DNA of 64,000 nt from an uncultured bacterium. GTDB taxonomy: Bacteria; Verrucomicrobiota; Verrucomicrobiia; Verrucomicrobiales; DEV007. The notes beneath the pieces are model-generated. The model worked only from the letters and a program-made list of their open reading frames with translations, did no database searches and was not told the DNA's origin. The position numbers were made by a program, and so were the translations under genes. The stretch spans positions 384,001 to 448,000 of the forward strand of contig CAXBMO010000002.1 in assembly GCA_963977015.1 (NCBI GenBank), read 5' to 3'. Positions within the stretch are counted from its first letter, which is position 1. Every line of letters starts with the position of its first letter. Shown piece after piece: positions 19,542-30,445 of the stretch.

Positions 19542-21974
19542 CTATCGTTTTTGGAGAAGATCAGACAGCGCTACCGCACGGACGATATCCTCAACCCGGT
19601 AGTTACTCTTCTCAGCCTCGACCAGGATGGCGTCGAGGTCATCCTGGTCGTCAAAAGTGAGCACGCGACGAAGGGCGTAGGTGCTAAGATGTTCGATGAA
19701 AGCCCGTGCAACCTTGTCACGGTCCTCGAGCAGGCGCTGCTTGAACTCATTGGCATCCTTGAACGGACGTCCATCGGGCATCACCCCGGTCGCATCGACC
19801 AACGGATTCGGCCCCTTGCCGGTCGGGACCAGCTCATGGGTGCGCCATTGGCCAATCGCATCGTATTGATCCCAGGCAAAGCCCAGAGGATCGATGTTCG
19901 CATGGCAGGACGCGCAGTTCGCGTCGGTGGCGTGCACTTCCAGTCTCTGGCGGACGGTCACCTTGTCACCTTGAGGCGGAACGGGCTCGATCGGATCCAC
20001 GTTTGCCGGCGGAGGCGGCGGCGTCTTGTTGAGAATCGCTTCACTGAGCCAGACACCGCGGTGAACCGGGCGATGGCGGGTGCCGTCCGAAGTCAGCCCG
20101 AGCACGGCGCCCATTGTCAGGAGGCCGCCGCGCTTGTTCTCCGGCTGGAGCGAGACGCGCTGAAAGTCGCCGGTCTTCGGCTCCGGCAGTCCGTAAAAAT
20201 CACAGAGCCGGGCGTTCACCATGGTCCAGTCGGAATCGAGGAAATTATCGATCGGCAGGTTCTTCGTCAGCATCTCGCGGAAAAACTCCACCGGCTCGGC
20301 CCGCATGCTCGCCTCGAGCCAGTCGTCATAGGCCGGGTAGAGCTTCTTGTCGGGCGGGAACATGCCCACGCGATGCAGTTGCAGCCATTGCCGCGAGAAG
20401 TCGTCGATGAAGCGATTGATTCGCTTGTCGGTCAGCATTCGGTCCACTTCTTTTCGCAACCCGTCGCCATTCAGCGAGCCGCCTTTGGCCGCGTCGAAGA
20501 GACCGGCATCCGGCATGGAACTCCAGAGGAAATACGAGAGCCGCGAGGCGAGTTCCCACTCGGTGATTCGTTCGCGAGCCTCGGGATCGCCCTCGACCAG
20601 GTAGATGAAGTGTCTCGAGGTCAGCACTCGCAGCATTGCCCCGCGCCAAGCATTGGCCGCCGTTTCGCCCGCCTCGCGATCGGCGTGATAGGAATCCAGA
20701 TAGCCTTTCAACTCCTCCTGCTTCACCGGCCGCCGCCAGGAGCGTTCGGCGAAGCGTTGCAGATGCTCCGCGACCACTTCGGGAGTCGCATCATCGGGAG
20801 GCAGCAAGCCATTGCGGCGGGACTTTTCGGCGTCCGATACCAACGGCCCCTCCCATTCGACCCAATCGAGGATCACCGTCGAAAAGATCCCGTTGCCTTT
20901 TTGATCAAACATCTGCGGGGCATTCGGATTCAGGAGCTGGGTTTCGCTGCTGTGGGTGAAAATGTATCCACCCCGGCTGGCGAGCGCATTGCGGAAGGCG
21001 GCTCCGGCTCTTCGGTCGACCACATCGGTGGCGACCACCGCGCAATGCAGGGTCGTCGGCATTTCGAGAAATACTTCAAACTCATAAACCTGCGGACTGT
21101 CTTCGGGGGCTGTGATGTCGAATTCGATGAGCCCCTCCACATTCTCCTCACTGGTCTTCATGCCGATACTGAGGTGGGCCGGTTGGCCGCCCGGTGGACG
21201 AATTCCACTGGCCTGAAGGCGAAGCTTATAGAGTCCGCTGTGTTCCGGTCCGGTCTTTCCAAACCAGTTGGAGGACAGCGCGGGCTGGACTCGACCGGGA
21301 AAAAGAAGATACCGCAGCGGTCGCTTGATGCCGAACCGGTCCAGCGCTTCCTGCTGTTTCTCCCCGCCGCTGTAACGCAACTCTGCCGCTGTCTTGTGGA
21401 TTTTGCGAGCCTCGCTGGTCGTGGCCGGGAACGCGCGGTCGAGCACGATATCCGCCGCGCGGTAGTAGCGATCCACATGCGAAGGCGAGAGCGACAGCTC
21501 GGATCCGATTCGCTCAAACCCATGCCAGAGGGTGTCTTCATTCAACTCCCCCGGTTTGGCCGGATCGTAGCGCACGCCGAGCAGATCATAGACCGTGTTC
21601 TGATACTCCTTCCGGCTCAGGCGATAATGCGCCACCGCCGGTCGCGCCGCCATCCGTGCCGCCTTGCCCTCCTTGATGCGCGCATCAAGAGTGGTAATAA
21701 ACGCTTCGATCTCCTCCTGGGTCAGTTGCTTCTTGGGCGGCATATCGCCGGAATTGACTTGCTCAATCACTTCCGCCCAATGGTGCGTATCCACGCCCTG
21801 CTTAAAGTCGCGCGAGAGTTGGTCGATCCGCAGATCTCCCTTTTCTTTTTCGGGACCGTGGCAACGAATGCAATTCTCTTCGAGGAAGGACTCGAACGAC
21901 GCTGGCTCCTGGGCCACAACCGGAGCAATCAACACGGAGACAATGAAACAAATGCGGAACATGAAAGGGTTCAT
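19542..21974 (-). CDS. Planctomycete cytochrome c + DUF1587/DUF1595/DUF1592/DUF1588/DUF1585 protein
   Basis: CIRCH and CASCH heme motifs, [45 protein letters not shown]. Start refined to MNPFMF. Confidence 0.92.
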   Translation of the reverse strand: MNPFMFRICFIVSVLIAPVVAQEPASFESFLEENCIRCHGPEKEKGDLRIDQLSRDFKQGVDTHHWAEVIEQVNSGDMPPKKQLTQEEIEAFITTLDARIKEGKAARMAARPAVAHYRLSRKEYQNTVYDLLGVRYDPAKPGELNEDTLWHGFERIGSELSLSPSHVDRYYRAADIVLDRAFPATTSEARKIHKTAAELRYSGGEKQQEALDRFGIKRPLRYLLFPGRVQPALSSNWFGKTGPEHSGLYKLRLQASGIRPPGGQPAHLSIGMKTSEENVEGLIEFDITAPEDSPQVYEFEVFLEMPTTLHCAVVATDVVDRRAGAAFRNALASRGGYIFTHSSETQLLNPNAPQMFDQKGNGIFSTVILDWVEWEGPLVSDAEKSRRNGLLPPDDATPEVVAEHLQRFAERSWRRPVKQEELKGYLDSYHADREAGETAANAWRGAMLRVLTSRHFIYLVEGDPEARERITEWELASRLSYFLWSSMPDAGLFDAAKGGSLNGDGLRKEVDRMLTDKRINRFIDDFSRQWLQLHRVGMFPPDKKLYPAYDDWLEASMRAEPVEFFREMLTKNLPIDNFLDSDWTMVNARLCDFYGLPEPKTGDFQRVSLQPENKRGGLLTMGAVLGLTSDGTRHRPVHRGVWLSEAILNKTPPPPPANVDPIEPVPPQGDKVTVRQRLEVHATDANCASCHANIDPLGFAWDQYDAIGQWRTHELVPTGKGPNPLVDATGVMPDGRPFKDANEFKQRLLEDRDKVARAFIEHLSTYALRRVLTFDDQDDLDAILVEAEKSNYRVEDIVRAVALSDLLQKR

Positions 21975-22245
21975 CAAAAAGAGACAGTGGTTTCCTGAGA
22001 AATGACGATCAATGTCGCCGTCGGAGTTTGAAAAAATAGCCAAAGCGCGATGAGGTTTCCCATCTCTTACGTTGGGAAAAGCGAGGCTGTCAACTTTGCC
22101 GGTTTCACTTTTCGGTGTCACCAGATGTGGGTCGCGCGACTCTTCCTTTCTGCTTTCCGACGCCCAAATCCGCAATCGAGCAAAAACCCACCGCGTTGTC
22201 GATCACCACAGCGAGAACTCAATCGGAAAGAAGGCATCCAACGGC

Positions 22246-25200
22246 TTAATCATCGCGCAAGCTGGCGTGCTCTGGACTGCCGCCAGCCAGATAACCGCCG
22301 CTTTTGCCGGAGGCATCTCCGCTTACCCAAAAAGAGTAGAGGGAGCCGTTGCTCAGAGTGAAGCGCAGTTTGACCGGTTTTCCGGATAGGGTCGCGAGAT
22401 CATTGGCGCCCTGCCAGCGCAGTTCGGTTTTTGTTTGGTCCGCGCTTACCGGAATGCAGTTTTCGGCAGTGAAGGGCTCGATCACCTTCCCATCATCACC
22501 CACAATTTCGGCGATGAGTTTCCCTTCCGGCGCATCGACATTGACGAAGAGGTGTTTTCCGGAAAATCGAATCGGTCGCGTCTCCAATTCCCCACCCTCA
22601 GCAGACGCGTCCATGGAAGCAAAACCATCCCGGCGCAGACGCGCGATGCCCATGGAGGCGTTGGCATACATGCCGTTTGTGGTGACGTCGAAACCCTTTC
22701 CTTTTCGCGCGGGATCCCCGGCAAAACCGGTGTAGTAAAACCACAGTTCATCCTCCATCACGAGACAAAGCGCCGCATTGGAATGGAGATAGGCCCGGTC
22801 CCAGGTTCCCGCTTTTTTCGCGCCGGGAATGAACGGCGTCCTGTCACCAGAGCGTGACCAGTGGAAGCCGTCGCGACTGAACCCGAGATGGATTTCGGTC
22901 ATCTTCGGCACGCCTTCCGCCGCGCAGAAATGGTTCTCCGGCCCGGTCATGATGGTGAACGCCCCGAGCATGAGCGACTCGTAGGCCACGGCGTCGAAAT
23001 TATAGAGCGCGGGCTCTTTGACCGGTCCATCGCGATCGGGAAACGCGTAGAAATGACTCTCGGCCGGGAGATCGAGATTGTCGGTCCGCAGCCATTTGAC
23101 GCGATTTTTCAAACCGGCTCCTTTCAGGAAATCCGGCGACTCCGCGTATTCGCGACTGCGGCGACTCCAGTTTGAGCGAAGGCTGTAAACCCACACTTTC
23201 CGAAAGGGATTGTAGAAGATCGTGGAGCGGTCGCCGCTCCCGCCCCAGTGGATTCCGGTGCTCCAGTCAATGCCGTCTTCGGAAACATGCAGAAATCCGC
23301 CTTTTGGCCTTCCCCAGACCAGCATTTTATAGCGTTCACCACCCATGGGAGCGTCGGGATCCATGACAACGGCGGCGGAGTCACGCTCTCCTTCAGCGCG
23401 AACCACACGATTGGTTCCCGGTTCGACCTCGAGATCGGGGCGGGTCCAGTTGATGCCGTCGACACTCGTTGCGAAAGCCGTGCCATCGAACCAACCGGCA
23501 CAGTACCAGGCTTTGAAAAGCTTGTCGGAACCATCATACCAGACTCCGCCACTGAACGGGGCGGCCATCGACGTGTGACCGCTTTTTTCGGCACGTTCGA
23601 GGGATGTCTCCGGCTTCAGGACCGAATTGCGTGGATCTTTTTTTGCGTTGTGCCAGGTGCGGGTGAGCGAGGTTTCAGCAATGAGAAAATCGTCGACGAA
23701 AAGTTGGCGGCCCAGATCGACGGGGATCACGTCCGGCGGATTTTCGAGGTAGGGAACCGGCAGCGGATCCTCCCCATAGGCGGCCATGTCCGTCCGGTCG
23801 CGGGGATCGGATTCGATTTCGATGCCGTTGTAAAGCGTCACGGGGTTCAGGTTCTCACCCGGAGCGGCAGGGCGGGAATCCGGCGCGAAACCCAGCAGGA
23901 CGCACCATTTTCCGTAGTCGAGCTGTTCCCCCGGTTCGACCTGCTTCCGATAGATCCGAACCCGGTCGATGGCGTTTTTTCCGAAGAGTTGAAAATCCGC
24001 GATTTCGGTTACCCGCTCGAATCCTTCCTCTTCCAGCTCCTCCGCGATGGAGGCCGCTCCTTCGATTTCGGGATCCGGCGTCAGGACGGTGAGCAATCCG
24101 CCTTCCAAAACGATGGCCCGTGTGTTCGTGATGGAATGACGCAGAAATCGCAGCCCCTCAAGTTCCTTCGGGCATTCCGCGAGAGTGTAGGTGCGATCGT
24201 TGAACAAGGTTACGCCTTGTTGAAACACATCCGACTCCGAATCCGGCGATCCGAACCGCAATGTCGCGAGTTCGTCCTTCCCGGCTGCCAACGCATCGGT
24301 CTCCACAAGCGTGAAACGGGTGTTCATCACGGAATGCTTTTCGGGGCCTTCCCTGTACTTGAGATAAGTCGTAGCAATGATCGTCCCGTCAGGCAGCAGC
24401 TCGAGGTCGGAATAGCCACAATCGAAATTCCCCTGGCCCGGCTTATCCGTATCGTTGCGGATGGCGTTGTGAAAAAGCTTGATGCGGTAGTCGCCCGGTT
24501 CACCGGCGAGGATGTTTTCGAAACGTCCCACCCAGGCGACGTAGTGACCGTAGGCTGGGCTGCTTTTTGCCATGTCCCGGAATGCGACGACAAGACGTCC
24601 ATCAGGAGCGATCTTCGCGACATGGCGATCGCCGGTGAGGGCGGCGGGTAGTTCTTTCGGCTCGCTCCAGGTCTTCGCACCGTCCCGGCTGACCGAGAAC
24701 ATGGACTGGTATTTGCGGCTGTTTTCCCGCAACAGCATGAGGTGGGTTTTCCCGTCGACAGAACGGATCACACAGGGCTGGGACCATCGCTCCGGGAGAG
24801 CGAGAATTTTGCGACTTCCGCTCCAGGTCAAGCCGCCGTCGAGGGACTCGCTCTGGACGACGAATCCCGGCAAATCGCTCCACATCACGAGGCGCGTTCC
24901 CGCGTCGAACGAGAGAATCGTCTTCGGCGGGACTTCGCCTTCAACGCCGTTCGGAGCCATCGGCGTCCAGGTTTTTCCCTCGTCCTCCGAATAAGCCTGG
25001 TGCATCGGATAGGGCGGCTTGCCTTTGCGGCTCCAGTCGAGACCATCCGCGAAACAGAACAACCGCGCCGTGCCATCGGGCGCAACGAGACGATGCAACG
25101 CGGGCGTGTTCGAGGTTTCCGCCCAATTATCGGGAACGTCGAGCGGTTCGCTCCAGGTGCGTCCGGCATCTGAGCTCTTCGCGATCGGCCCGATCCATCG

Positions 25201-25458
25201 CGCATGGCCGAGACACCAGGCGGTGAACATCGTCTTGCCATCGGGCAGCAGAACCGTGTCGCAGTGCCCCTGGTAGACCGTTTCCGTGCCGGCGGCGACG
25301 ACCGAGTGTCTTTCCCGATCCGCCGAAAGATCCACAAGCGGCAGGTTGATCGTGTGCGGCACTCCGGGCGAGGATCCCTTGAACTCGGGAAGGTCGGCGG
25401 CAACGGAGGTGGTGATGTCAGCCAGGAGTATCGCAACAAGGAAGGATTTATAATGCAT
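22246..25458 (-). CDS. Secreted bi-modular protein: BNR/Asp-box sialidase-like propeller + GH32/GH43-like five-bladed propeller
   Basis: Asp-boxes SSDAGRTWS, SEDEGKTWT, SLDGGLTWS, SRDGAKTWS. C-terminal half with RQLFVDDFLI, SRDGFHW, ARLRRDGF. Confidence 0.8.
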   Translation of the reverse strand: MHYKSFLVAILLADITTSVAADLPEFKGSSPGVPHTINLPLVDLSADRERHSVVAAGTETVYQGHCDTVLLPDGKTMFTAWCLGHARWIGPIAKSSDAGRTWSEPLDVPDNWAETSNTPALHRLVAPDGTARLFCFADGLDWSRKGKPPYPMHQAYSEDEGKTWTPMAPNGVEGEVPPKTILSFDAGTRLVMWSDLPGFVVQSESLDGGLTWSGSRKILALPERWSQPCVIRSVDGKTHLMLLRENSRKYQSMFSVSRDGAKTWSEPKELPAALTGDRHVAKIAPDGRLVVAFRDMAKSSPAYGHYVAWVGRFENILAGEPGDYRIKLFHNAIRNDTDKPGQGNFDCGYSDLELLPDGTIIATTYLKYREGPEKHSVMNTRFTLVETDALAAGKDELATLRFGSPDSESDVFQQGVTLFNDRTYTLAECPKELEGLRFLRHSITNTRAIVLEGGLLTVLTPDPEIEGAASIAEELEEEGFERVTEIADFQLFGKNAIDRVRIYRKQVEPGEQLDYGKWCVLLGFAPDSRPAAPGENLNPVTLYNGIEIESDPRDRTDMAAYGEDPLPVPYLENPPDVIPVDLGRQLFVDDFLIAETSLTRTWHNAKKDPRNSVLKPETSLERAEKSGHTSMAAPFSGGVWYDGSDKLFKAWYCAGWFDGTAFATSVDGINWTRPDLEVEPGTNRVVRAEGERDSAAVVMDPDAPMGGERYKMLVWGRPKGGFLHVSEDGIDWSTGIHWGGSGDRSTIFYNPFRKVWVYSLRSNWSRRSREYAESPDFLKGAGLKNRVKWLRTDNLDLPAESHFYAFPDRDGPVKEPALYNFDAVAYESLMLGAFTIMTGPENHFCAAEGVPKMTEIHLGFSRDGFHWSRSGDRTPFIPGAKKAGTWDRAYLHSNAALCLVMEDELWFYYTGFAGDPARKGKGFDVTTNGMYANASMGIARLRRDGFASMDASAEGGELETRPIRFSGKHLFVNVDAPEGKLIAEIVGDDGKVIEPFTAENCIPVSADQTKTELRWQGANDLATLSGKPVKLRFTLSNGSLYSFWVSGDASGKSGGYLAGGSPEHASLRDD

Positions 25459-25517
25459 GGAATTGAGACTCTATGACCTGGTTCAGGGTCGCTCGATATC
25501 GAATTCGTGAGATTGCC

Positions 25518-25531
25518 ATGTTATTGTAACA
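25518..25531. promoter_or_regulatory. Putative LacI-family operator ATGTTATTGTAACA (copy 2)
   Basis: 14-nt identity with the palindrome overlapping the lacI start (31294-31307). Lies 60 nt upstream of the 25458 start. Confidence 0.7.
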
Positions 25532-25574
25532 ATTTTCCGAAACCACAGCCGGATTGATCGCGAACTCACGGAAC

Positions 25575-27314
25575 TTACTTTGCGAGAGCTTCACGGGTCG
25601 GAGCAACCCGCACATTACCAAATCCAACGTCGCCATTGTTGTGAAGGACGACCTTTGAAAGATTGGCGTCGCTGCGGCCTTTCCGATTCGTCAGCGTCCA
25701 GTTCGCCGGTTCGGCGGGAATTTCCCCCGGGACGCCGAGTTGAACCAACACCTCGTCAGGATTTTCACGATGACTGTGGAGACGAATCAAGACCGTATGA
25801 CGACTTCCTGGCTCGAGCTTCGGCCCGGTCACCGTTTTCTGGTAGAGTGCCGCGGTAAGCCGCCCTTGCGCGTCGATTCCGATCATGACGCGCTCTTCGC
25901 CGCGGGCCGTGGCCAAGGCGAATGACACCCGCTCGCCGACTTCAGGGACAAGCAGATCAGCGGCTGCCCACAGCGTCGCCCCTTCGTTCCCGAGATCGAT
26001 CCAGTCCACCGGCGGTTGTTGAGGTGCCTTTTTGACCGGAACATGCCTGGCCAACTCGACCGTGTCGGGCATTTCGAGACGCTCCAGCTCGTCGAGCGAA
26101 ACTTTCATGACTTCCATGGTTTGTTTCGCTCCGGAGAATGCGACCAGCAGATGATCGTCATGTTCGATGATGTGTGGGTAGTCGATATGGCGACCGCCAA
26201 TCAGCCAAAAGAGTTTGGTATAAACACGTCCGTCCTGACTGATTGCCAGGGTGAGCGGATTGCGTCCACGGGGATTGGAATTGGACACCATGACATAATA
26301 GCCGCGACTGGTTCGATGAACGAAAAATTTACTGGTGGCATCGGGGAAATTGGTGCGTCGGATCGGGCTCCAGGTCTTGCCATTGTCATGAGAAAACGTG
26401 CGGAGCAGGTATTTCGAACCTCCGTTGTCGCGAATCAGGCCGACGATCGTTTTCCCGTCGGGAAGGATATACCAATAAGGCTCCTCCGGGCGACCCTTAC
26501 CATCGTATGCGGCGAGAGGGTTGATCCGCCAATCATTGAAAGCTTTGGTTCCGCCGATCATGACCGAAACCTGGCGCTGATGATCGCGACGAGTCATCAT
26601 CCACTCGCCGGACGGAAGGAGCTTGGGCGGGAAGTTGTTCATGGAATCGTCAAGGACCGTGCCGTGGGGCACCCAATCCGACCCAGTCCAGCGAAACGCC
26701 TCCAAACTCAAACCGAGTCCGGCATAACCCGGTGCATTGAAATGGCTGGAGAGTGCGAGCAACTCCCCGTCGCGCTTCCACATCCCACGGGCAATCCACC
26801 CATAGTTTTCGATCCGGGGCGGGCCGGTCAAATCTGCGGGTTTGCTCCAGTGCAGGCCGTCCTTGCTCGTCGCATAGGAATTGCGGGTGTCCGGGCGATC
26901 GTGGCCGGGAACAATGTTCCGATGTTGCTCTGCGGTGGCGCCGGGCTTCGGCACTCCCGGACCATCGCTCCACATCGCAAAGAACAAGCCATCGTGATGG
27001 GCGAGGTAGGCATGTTGATGAACGCGGGTGCCGGCCTGGTCGCGGACATCGCTGATGATGGCGTGTTCGGCAGGAACGCGCGGAAGTTTTGAGGAGTCAA
27101 TCTGGTGCGGATCATCCGGCAACCAGTCTCCGGAGAGCATGATGGACGATTCGGAATCCATGTTGCCATCTTCCGCGTTTACGGAAACGACGATCAGGGC
27201 CGCCGCAATGGCCACTATCGATTTACGGACAGTCTTCCCGGGAAAGATATCTTGTAGAATAGGAGAGATTTCAGGGGACACTTTTTGATTTCGAAAACAG
27301 ATACTAGCATTCAT
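25575..27314 (-). CDS. BNR-repeat (exo-sialidase-like) protein with C-terminal beta-sandwich
   Basis: SKDGLHWS, SHDNGKTWS and SQDGRVY Asp-boxes, plus RNPLTLA and IDYPH. Start at 27314 gives an ATGA overlap with the upstream gene. Confidence 0.8.
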   Translation of the reverse strand: MNASICFRNQKVSPEISPILQDIFPGKTVRKSIVAIAAALIVVSVNAEDGNMDSESSIMLSGDWLPDDPHQIDSSKLPRVPAEHAIISDVRDQAGTRVHQHAYLAHHDGLFFAMWSDGPGVPKPGATAEQHRNIVPGHDRPDTRNSYATSKDGLHWSKPADLTGPPRIENYGWIARGMWKRDGELLALSSHFNAPGYAGLGLSLEAFRWTGSDWVPHGTVLDDSMNNFPPKLLPSGEWMMTRRDHQRQVSVMIGGTKAFNDWRINPLAAYDGKGRPEEPYWYILPDGKTIVGLIRDNGGSKYLLRTFSHDNGKTWSPIRRTNFPDATSKFFVHRTSRGYYVMVSNSNPRGRNPLTLAISQDGRVYTKLFWLIGGRHIDYPHIIEHDDHLLVAFSGAKQTMEVMKVSLDELERLEMPDTVELARHVPVKKAPQQPPVDWIDLGNEGATLWAAADLLVPEVGERVSFALATARGEERVMIGIDAQGRLTAALYQKTVTGPKLEPGSRHTVLIRLHSHRENPDEVLVQLGVPGEIPAEPANWTLTNRKGRSDANLSKVVLHNNGDVGFGNVRVAPTREALAK

Positions 27315-28840
27315 AAAATTTGACCTTGTTGTTTCAGTGATTCGCGAAGTTCTCCCGATGGCACCTGCCGCGGTTGGCACCCCCGAGACAGAGCGATATG
27401 GGCCGCCGTTCCCGCGGCCTGCCCGAGACACATCCACGTCGGTTCCATGCGGATGGAGGAATAGGCGACGTGGGTCGTGCTGGCCGCGACCGGAACGAGA
27501 AGTCCGTCGATCGACTTCGGGATCATCATGCGGTAGGGAATCTGGTAGGGCCGCGTGACCGAATCGAGCATGCCAAGATAGCCCTCCAGCACCACGGTGT
27601 CGCCGGGTTGTCGTTTGCGGCAGGGAAAGCTGTCGATCGGGAATTCGCCGATCGCGACGGTGTCGGGATGACTGCGACCGGCGTCCGTCGTCATGTCGTG
27701 TTCGGTTAGGGTGTATTCGCCCACGAGACGGCGGGCCTCGCGGACGTAGAGTTGGAAAGGGAAGTGACCGTTGTCACCCCACTCATCACGCGGCAGATGA
27801 TAACTGCGCGCGATCTCACGGTGGGCTTCGGGAATCTCCTCGTCGTTCTGAAGAAAAAAAAGCAGTCCGAGAACCAGTTGACGGTGCCGTTCACAAATGC
27901 GCTGACGGGCGGCGGCGTCGCCTTCAACATAACCGGCGTTCTCTTCCGGGAACGGAAATCCAAGCGGACGCGGGTTGATGTTAACGTCGGTCTTCTGATT
28001 CGGGATTTCCGCGACGGACAGGGCGCGAACCATGGTATCGAAATGGGCTGGGTTGTAACCACGGCCGGCCTTGACCACCTTCGGCGCACCAAGTCGTCCG
28101 GCGGTGAGATCGTCGAAATATCCGACATAGTTTTCCCGATCGTAACCGGTTGGTGGTTCGGTCAGGACGTGCGCGTTATCCGGATTGGTCGTCAAGCAAA
28201 GGCGATAGGTGTAGGCGGGTAACCGGTCGTCGGCCTCCCCTGTCGATCCGGGGAGAAATTTGCCGCGCTGATAATCGAAGTAAACCACACCGGCATGTGG
28301 TTCCCCAAACTCTTCGCGCGATTCGCGCCCGAGGCGAAATTCCGCGCCAGCTGCGGCGTAGAGATCGCCTTCGTAGGTGGCGTCGACAAATACCTCTGCC
28401 GTAAGCCGACGAATCGCGCCCGACGATCGATTCATGATTTCAATCTCCGTCAGTCGCTGTTGGCTGGTGTGGGCGGATTCCAGACGCCAACCTTTCAGCC
28501 CGGTGATCCCCGGCTGTTCGGCAATCATCTCTTCAAAAACGCCCTCGGCGACCGAAGGCTCCGTGTAGTAACCATCCTGACAAAGCCGCGCATTTTCCGA
28601 ATTCTCTCCGTAGCGCTCGTGATAGAACCGACGCACCCGCGTCGTAAATTCCCGGAACAGGCCGCCGATCAGTTCGCGATTTTCCACGTCGCTCTTGCCC
28701 AGTCCGCTGGCCGTCATGCCGCCGATGTGATGGTGATATTCAACCAACGCAACCGACCGGCCCAATCGGGCGGCCGCCACCGCAGCGGCAATGCCTCCGG
28801 GTGTAGCGCCGAGAATGACGATCTCGAACGAGTCGCTCAT
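27311..28840 (-). CDS. FAD-dependent oxidoreductase (FAD_oxidored family)
   Basis: IVILGATPGGIAAAVAAAR, FVDATYEGDL, LYVREARRL, SSIRMEP...GQAAGTAA. Confidence 0.92.
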   Translation of the reverse strand: MSDSFEIVILGATPGGIAAAVAAARLGRSVALVEYHHHIGGMTASGLGKSDVENRELIGGLFREFTTRVRRFYHERYGENSENARLCQDGYYTEPSVAEGVFEEMIAEQPGITGLKGWRLESAHTSQQRLTEIEIMNRSSGAIRRLTAEVFVDATYEGDLYAAAGAEFRLGRESREEFGEPHAGVVYFDYQRGKFLPGSTGEADDRLPAYTYRLCLTTNPDNAHVLTEPPTGYDRENYVGYFDDLTAGRLGAPKVVKAGRGYNPAHFDTMVRALSVAEIPNQKTDVNINPRPLGFPFPEENAGYVEGDAAARQRICERHRQLVLGLLFFLQNDEEIPEAHREIARSYHLPRDEWGDNGHFPFQLYVREARRLVGEYTLTEHDMTTDAGRSHPDTVAIGEFPIDSFPCRKRQPGDTVVLEGYLGMLDSVTRPYQIPYRMMIPKSIDGLLVPVAASTTHVAYSSIRMEPTWMCLGQAAGTAAHIALSRGCQPRQVPSGELRESLKQQGQIL

Positions 28841-30375
28841 GAGGCGTCGCCTTTCTTTTTCAGGGTCCAGACGGTCAGTCCGCTGAGATCATTGCGATTT
28901 CGGCCACAGACCAATGCCGCGATTCCCGCTATCAATAGAAACGCGAGGTTAACCAAAACCCCGGTCCAGTAGGAATGAACCGGCAGGCTGAATCGATCCG
29001 GCAACCAATCCAACGAATTGACGCCCAAATATAGATTGAGGAAAACGGCACAGCAGAGGCCGATCAACGCAGCCCGGTTGCCGATTCGCGTCGTGAAAAA
29101 TCCGGTCATGAAGAGTCCCAGCAAACACCCGCCAAATACCGACGCGGCAATCCAACTGAGATCGTTGATACTTTCCTTTTCAATCGAGCTGAACAGGATT
29201 GCCCCCAGGATCATCAATACCGATGCGGCGATCGCCACGATTCGCGCCCAGCGGAGGTAAAAGCGATCGTCCCGGTTTCGGGCGAAGTAGGGTTTCATGA
29301 GATCGACGGTCACCACGGTCGAGATGGCGTTGATCGATGAATCCAGGCTCGACATCGCCGCAGCCAAAACCCCCGCGATTACCAACCCGGTTATCCCGAC
29401 TGGAACCTGGGTCAGGATAAAATAGGGAAATACCGCGTCGGCCTCCAGACCTGCTACCTTTTCGTCCGGATGGATGCTGTAGAAAACATAAACACAAGTC
29501 CCCAGCAAAAAGAAAAACGCCCACGTCGGCACCGCGATCGCGGAATAGATCGTGGTCGCTTTTCGCGCCTCCTTCAAGCTCTTCGCGGCGAGGTAGCGTT
29601 GCACGACATTTTGATCACTGGAATACATCGTCAGCCAACTAACGATACCGATCAGCGCCACCGTCCAGAAGGTTCGCTCGTTCAGATTGAATCCTAACGA
29701 ACCCATCGCAAACTTTTGATGTTGCGCCCCGACTTCAACGATCTGCCCGACGCCTCCCGGTAACTGCCAGACGACGGTCGCGAAGCAAACAATCCCACCA
29801 ACCCAGAGCACGATCGACTGCACCACATCGGTCCAGATGACCGCGCCGATACCGCCGGCGATGGTATAAAGTGAGATGAAGACGCCGACAAAAACGATCA
29901 CCAGCCGAATATCGAATCCCGTCAGCAGGCTGACCGGAATCGCGACGAGAAACAGCACTTTCCCCAGCCGGATCAACTGAAGCAGGATAAAACTCAAGGT
30001 TCCGTAAAGCCGCACGCCGGGGCCAAAACGATCGCCCAGATACTCAAAAGCCGAGGTGGTATTTCCACGCCGGAAGAAGGGAATAAAGACAATAATCGCC
30101 AAAACCGCGACGAACGGCAGCATCAGGTTCGAGACCAGTTGCCGCCAGTCCAGGGTGAAGGCCGCGGCGGGAAAGGCGAGAAAAGTGACCGAACTGATCG
30201 AAGTTCCGAGCATCGATATCCCGATGACCCACCCCGGAAATGCCCGCCCGCCGAGGAAATATTGTTCGGTCGTCGTGTTGCGGCGCGAAAACCAGATGCC
30301 CAGCGCCGCCATTCCCAGCAAATAGAGAATGATGACGGCGATATCAAGGGGGCGGGCCTGGATGGCGTCATGCAT
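28837..30375 (-). CDS. Sodium:solute symporter (SSS; SiaT-like)
   Basis: YFLGGR, TSISSVTF, GGIGAVIWTDVVQ, DQNVVQRYL, AAAMSSLDSSINA. Confidence 0.95.
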   Translation of the reverse strand: MHDAIQARPLDIAVIILYLLGMAALGIWFSRRNTTTEQYFLGGRAFPGWVIGISMLGTSISSVTFLAFPAAAFTLDWRQLVSNLMLPFVAVLAIIVFIPFFRRGNTTSAFEYLGDRFGPGVRLYGTLSFILLQLIRLGKVLFLVAIPVSLLTGFDIRLVIVFVGVFISLYTIAGGIGAVIWTDVVQSIVLWVGGIVCFATVVWQLPGGVGQIVEVGAQHQKFAMGSLGFNLNERTFWTVALIGIVSWLTMYSSDQNVVQRYLAAKSLKEARKATTIYSAIAVPTWAFFFLLGTCVYVFYSIHPDEKVAGLEADAVFPYFILTQVPVGITGLVIAGVLAAAMSSLDSSINAISTVVTVDLMKPYFARNRDDRFYLRWARIVAIAASVLMILGAILFSSIEKESINDLSWIAASVFGGCLLGLFMTGFFTTRIGNRAALIGLCCAVFLNLYLGVNSLDWLPDRFSLPVHSYWTGVLVNLAFLLIAGIAALVCGRNRNDLSGLTVWTLKKKGDAS

Positions 30376-30445
30376 TCACCGGATCGTAAGCGTTTTCCGG
30401 TGGAAACCAATGGCAGTTCCGCGCATGTTTTTAACAAAAACGATC

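Noticed and set aside
19521-21998. 825-aa + strand ORF
   Set aside because: Antisense shadow of the DUF1592 gene with no motifs. Typical of high-GC codon bias.
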